Origin: Adineta vaga
Taxonomy: Eukaryota; Animalia; Rotifera
Assembly: GCA_021613535.1 (NCBI GenBank)
Contig: CP075496.1
Location: forward strand, 13,578,001-13,642,000
DNA length: 64,000 bases
Reading direction: 5' to 3'
Below, one piece after another: positions 63,515 through 64,000 of the stretch (position 1 is its first letter; every line of letters begins with the position of its first letter). The notes below the pieces were generated by a model that was given only the letters and a program-made list of their open reading frames with translations, had not been told where the DNA came from and did no database searches. Both the position numbers and the translations under genes were made by a program.

Positions 63515-64000
63515 TTACAAAAAATGACGTGGAACAATCGTTGATGTTGGTACTTTATTGCACAAAGGTATTGAATGAATCATTGTTAATGCTTGATCTA
63601 TACAAAAATCGCCAAATATATCTTCCGGATTTTGATCTTGAAAATAGATTTGATTGATAATAGCTAATTGAAGTTGATCTTCTAGAAAAAAAGAAAGCTT
63701 TTTTCGTTTTCTTTATTCGAATAAAAACGAAAGAAACTTACTTTTTGCCCAATGAGGAATTTTCTTTTTTCGACGACGAATTGTAGCCAATTGTGTACTA
63801 TTCAATTCATCTTCATGTAAAATTGTCATGTCATAATTAGAAGTTGTTTTGCATACTGAATGTGATCTGTCATCAGGATTAACCTCTTGAATAATGTTTG
63901 ATCTAATTCGTAAATAATTAGATTGAAAAGAAAGTAACAAAACTAAACATAAGACAACTTACCCTTTTATACGTCGAAAGCGATGTATTGAGACTTGTTG
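63515..64000 (-). CDS. 3' end of an INCENP-like (IN-box/ARK-binding) gene, 5'-truncated by the window
   Basis: Spliced C-terminus NYDMTILHEDE...RRRKKKIPHWAKKDQLQLAIINQIYFQDQNPEDIFG...PTSTIVPRHFL* resembles the IN-box IPxWA..L..AI..Q......FG. AATAAA follows the stop. Confidence 0.55.

Noticed and set aside
1-64000. tRNA, rRNA, SL-RNA gene, telomeric repeats, transposase/RT ORFs, CRISPR arrays
   Set aside because: Looked for by eye and none recognised. A covariance-model or repeat-library search could still find short elements.

Overview
AT-rich (~30% GC), gene-dense eukaryotic DNA with many 50-65 nt GT-AG introns, so the ORF track fragments almost every gene. Intron size, codon style and gene content suggest a bdelloid rotifer (inference). 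About 20 protein genes were reconstructed by eye: PSMD5, COPS4, a tandem-domain PTP, SPMIP1/ATP6V1FNB-like, an orphan ORF, KCNQ, an ankyrin-repeat protein, a 6xC2H2 zinc-finger factor behind an ~8 kb non-coding region, a bacterial-type DUF4139 gene with an intron, a divergent cyclin, an intronless lineage-specific gene, an A20/AN1 protein, a single-pass membrane protein, RICTOR, an epoxide hydrolase (one frameshift), ATP5F1D, UQCRH, Lifeguard, a WSC-EGF receptor and a partial IN-box gene. The most notable system-level signal is two tightly packed co-oriented clusters: PSMD5-COPS4 (63 nt gap) and UQCRH-ATP5F1D-EPHX-RICTOR (169-335 nt gaps). Their downstream genes start at apparently donor-less splice acceptors, making them candidate operons resolved by spliced-leader trans-splicing. 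No tRNA, rRNA, transposon or CRISPR array was recognised.
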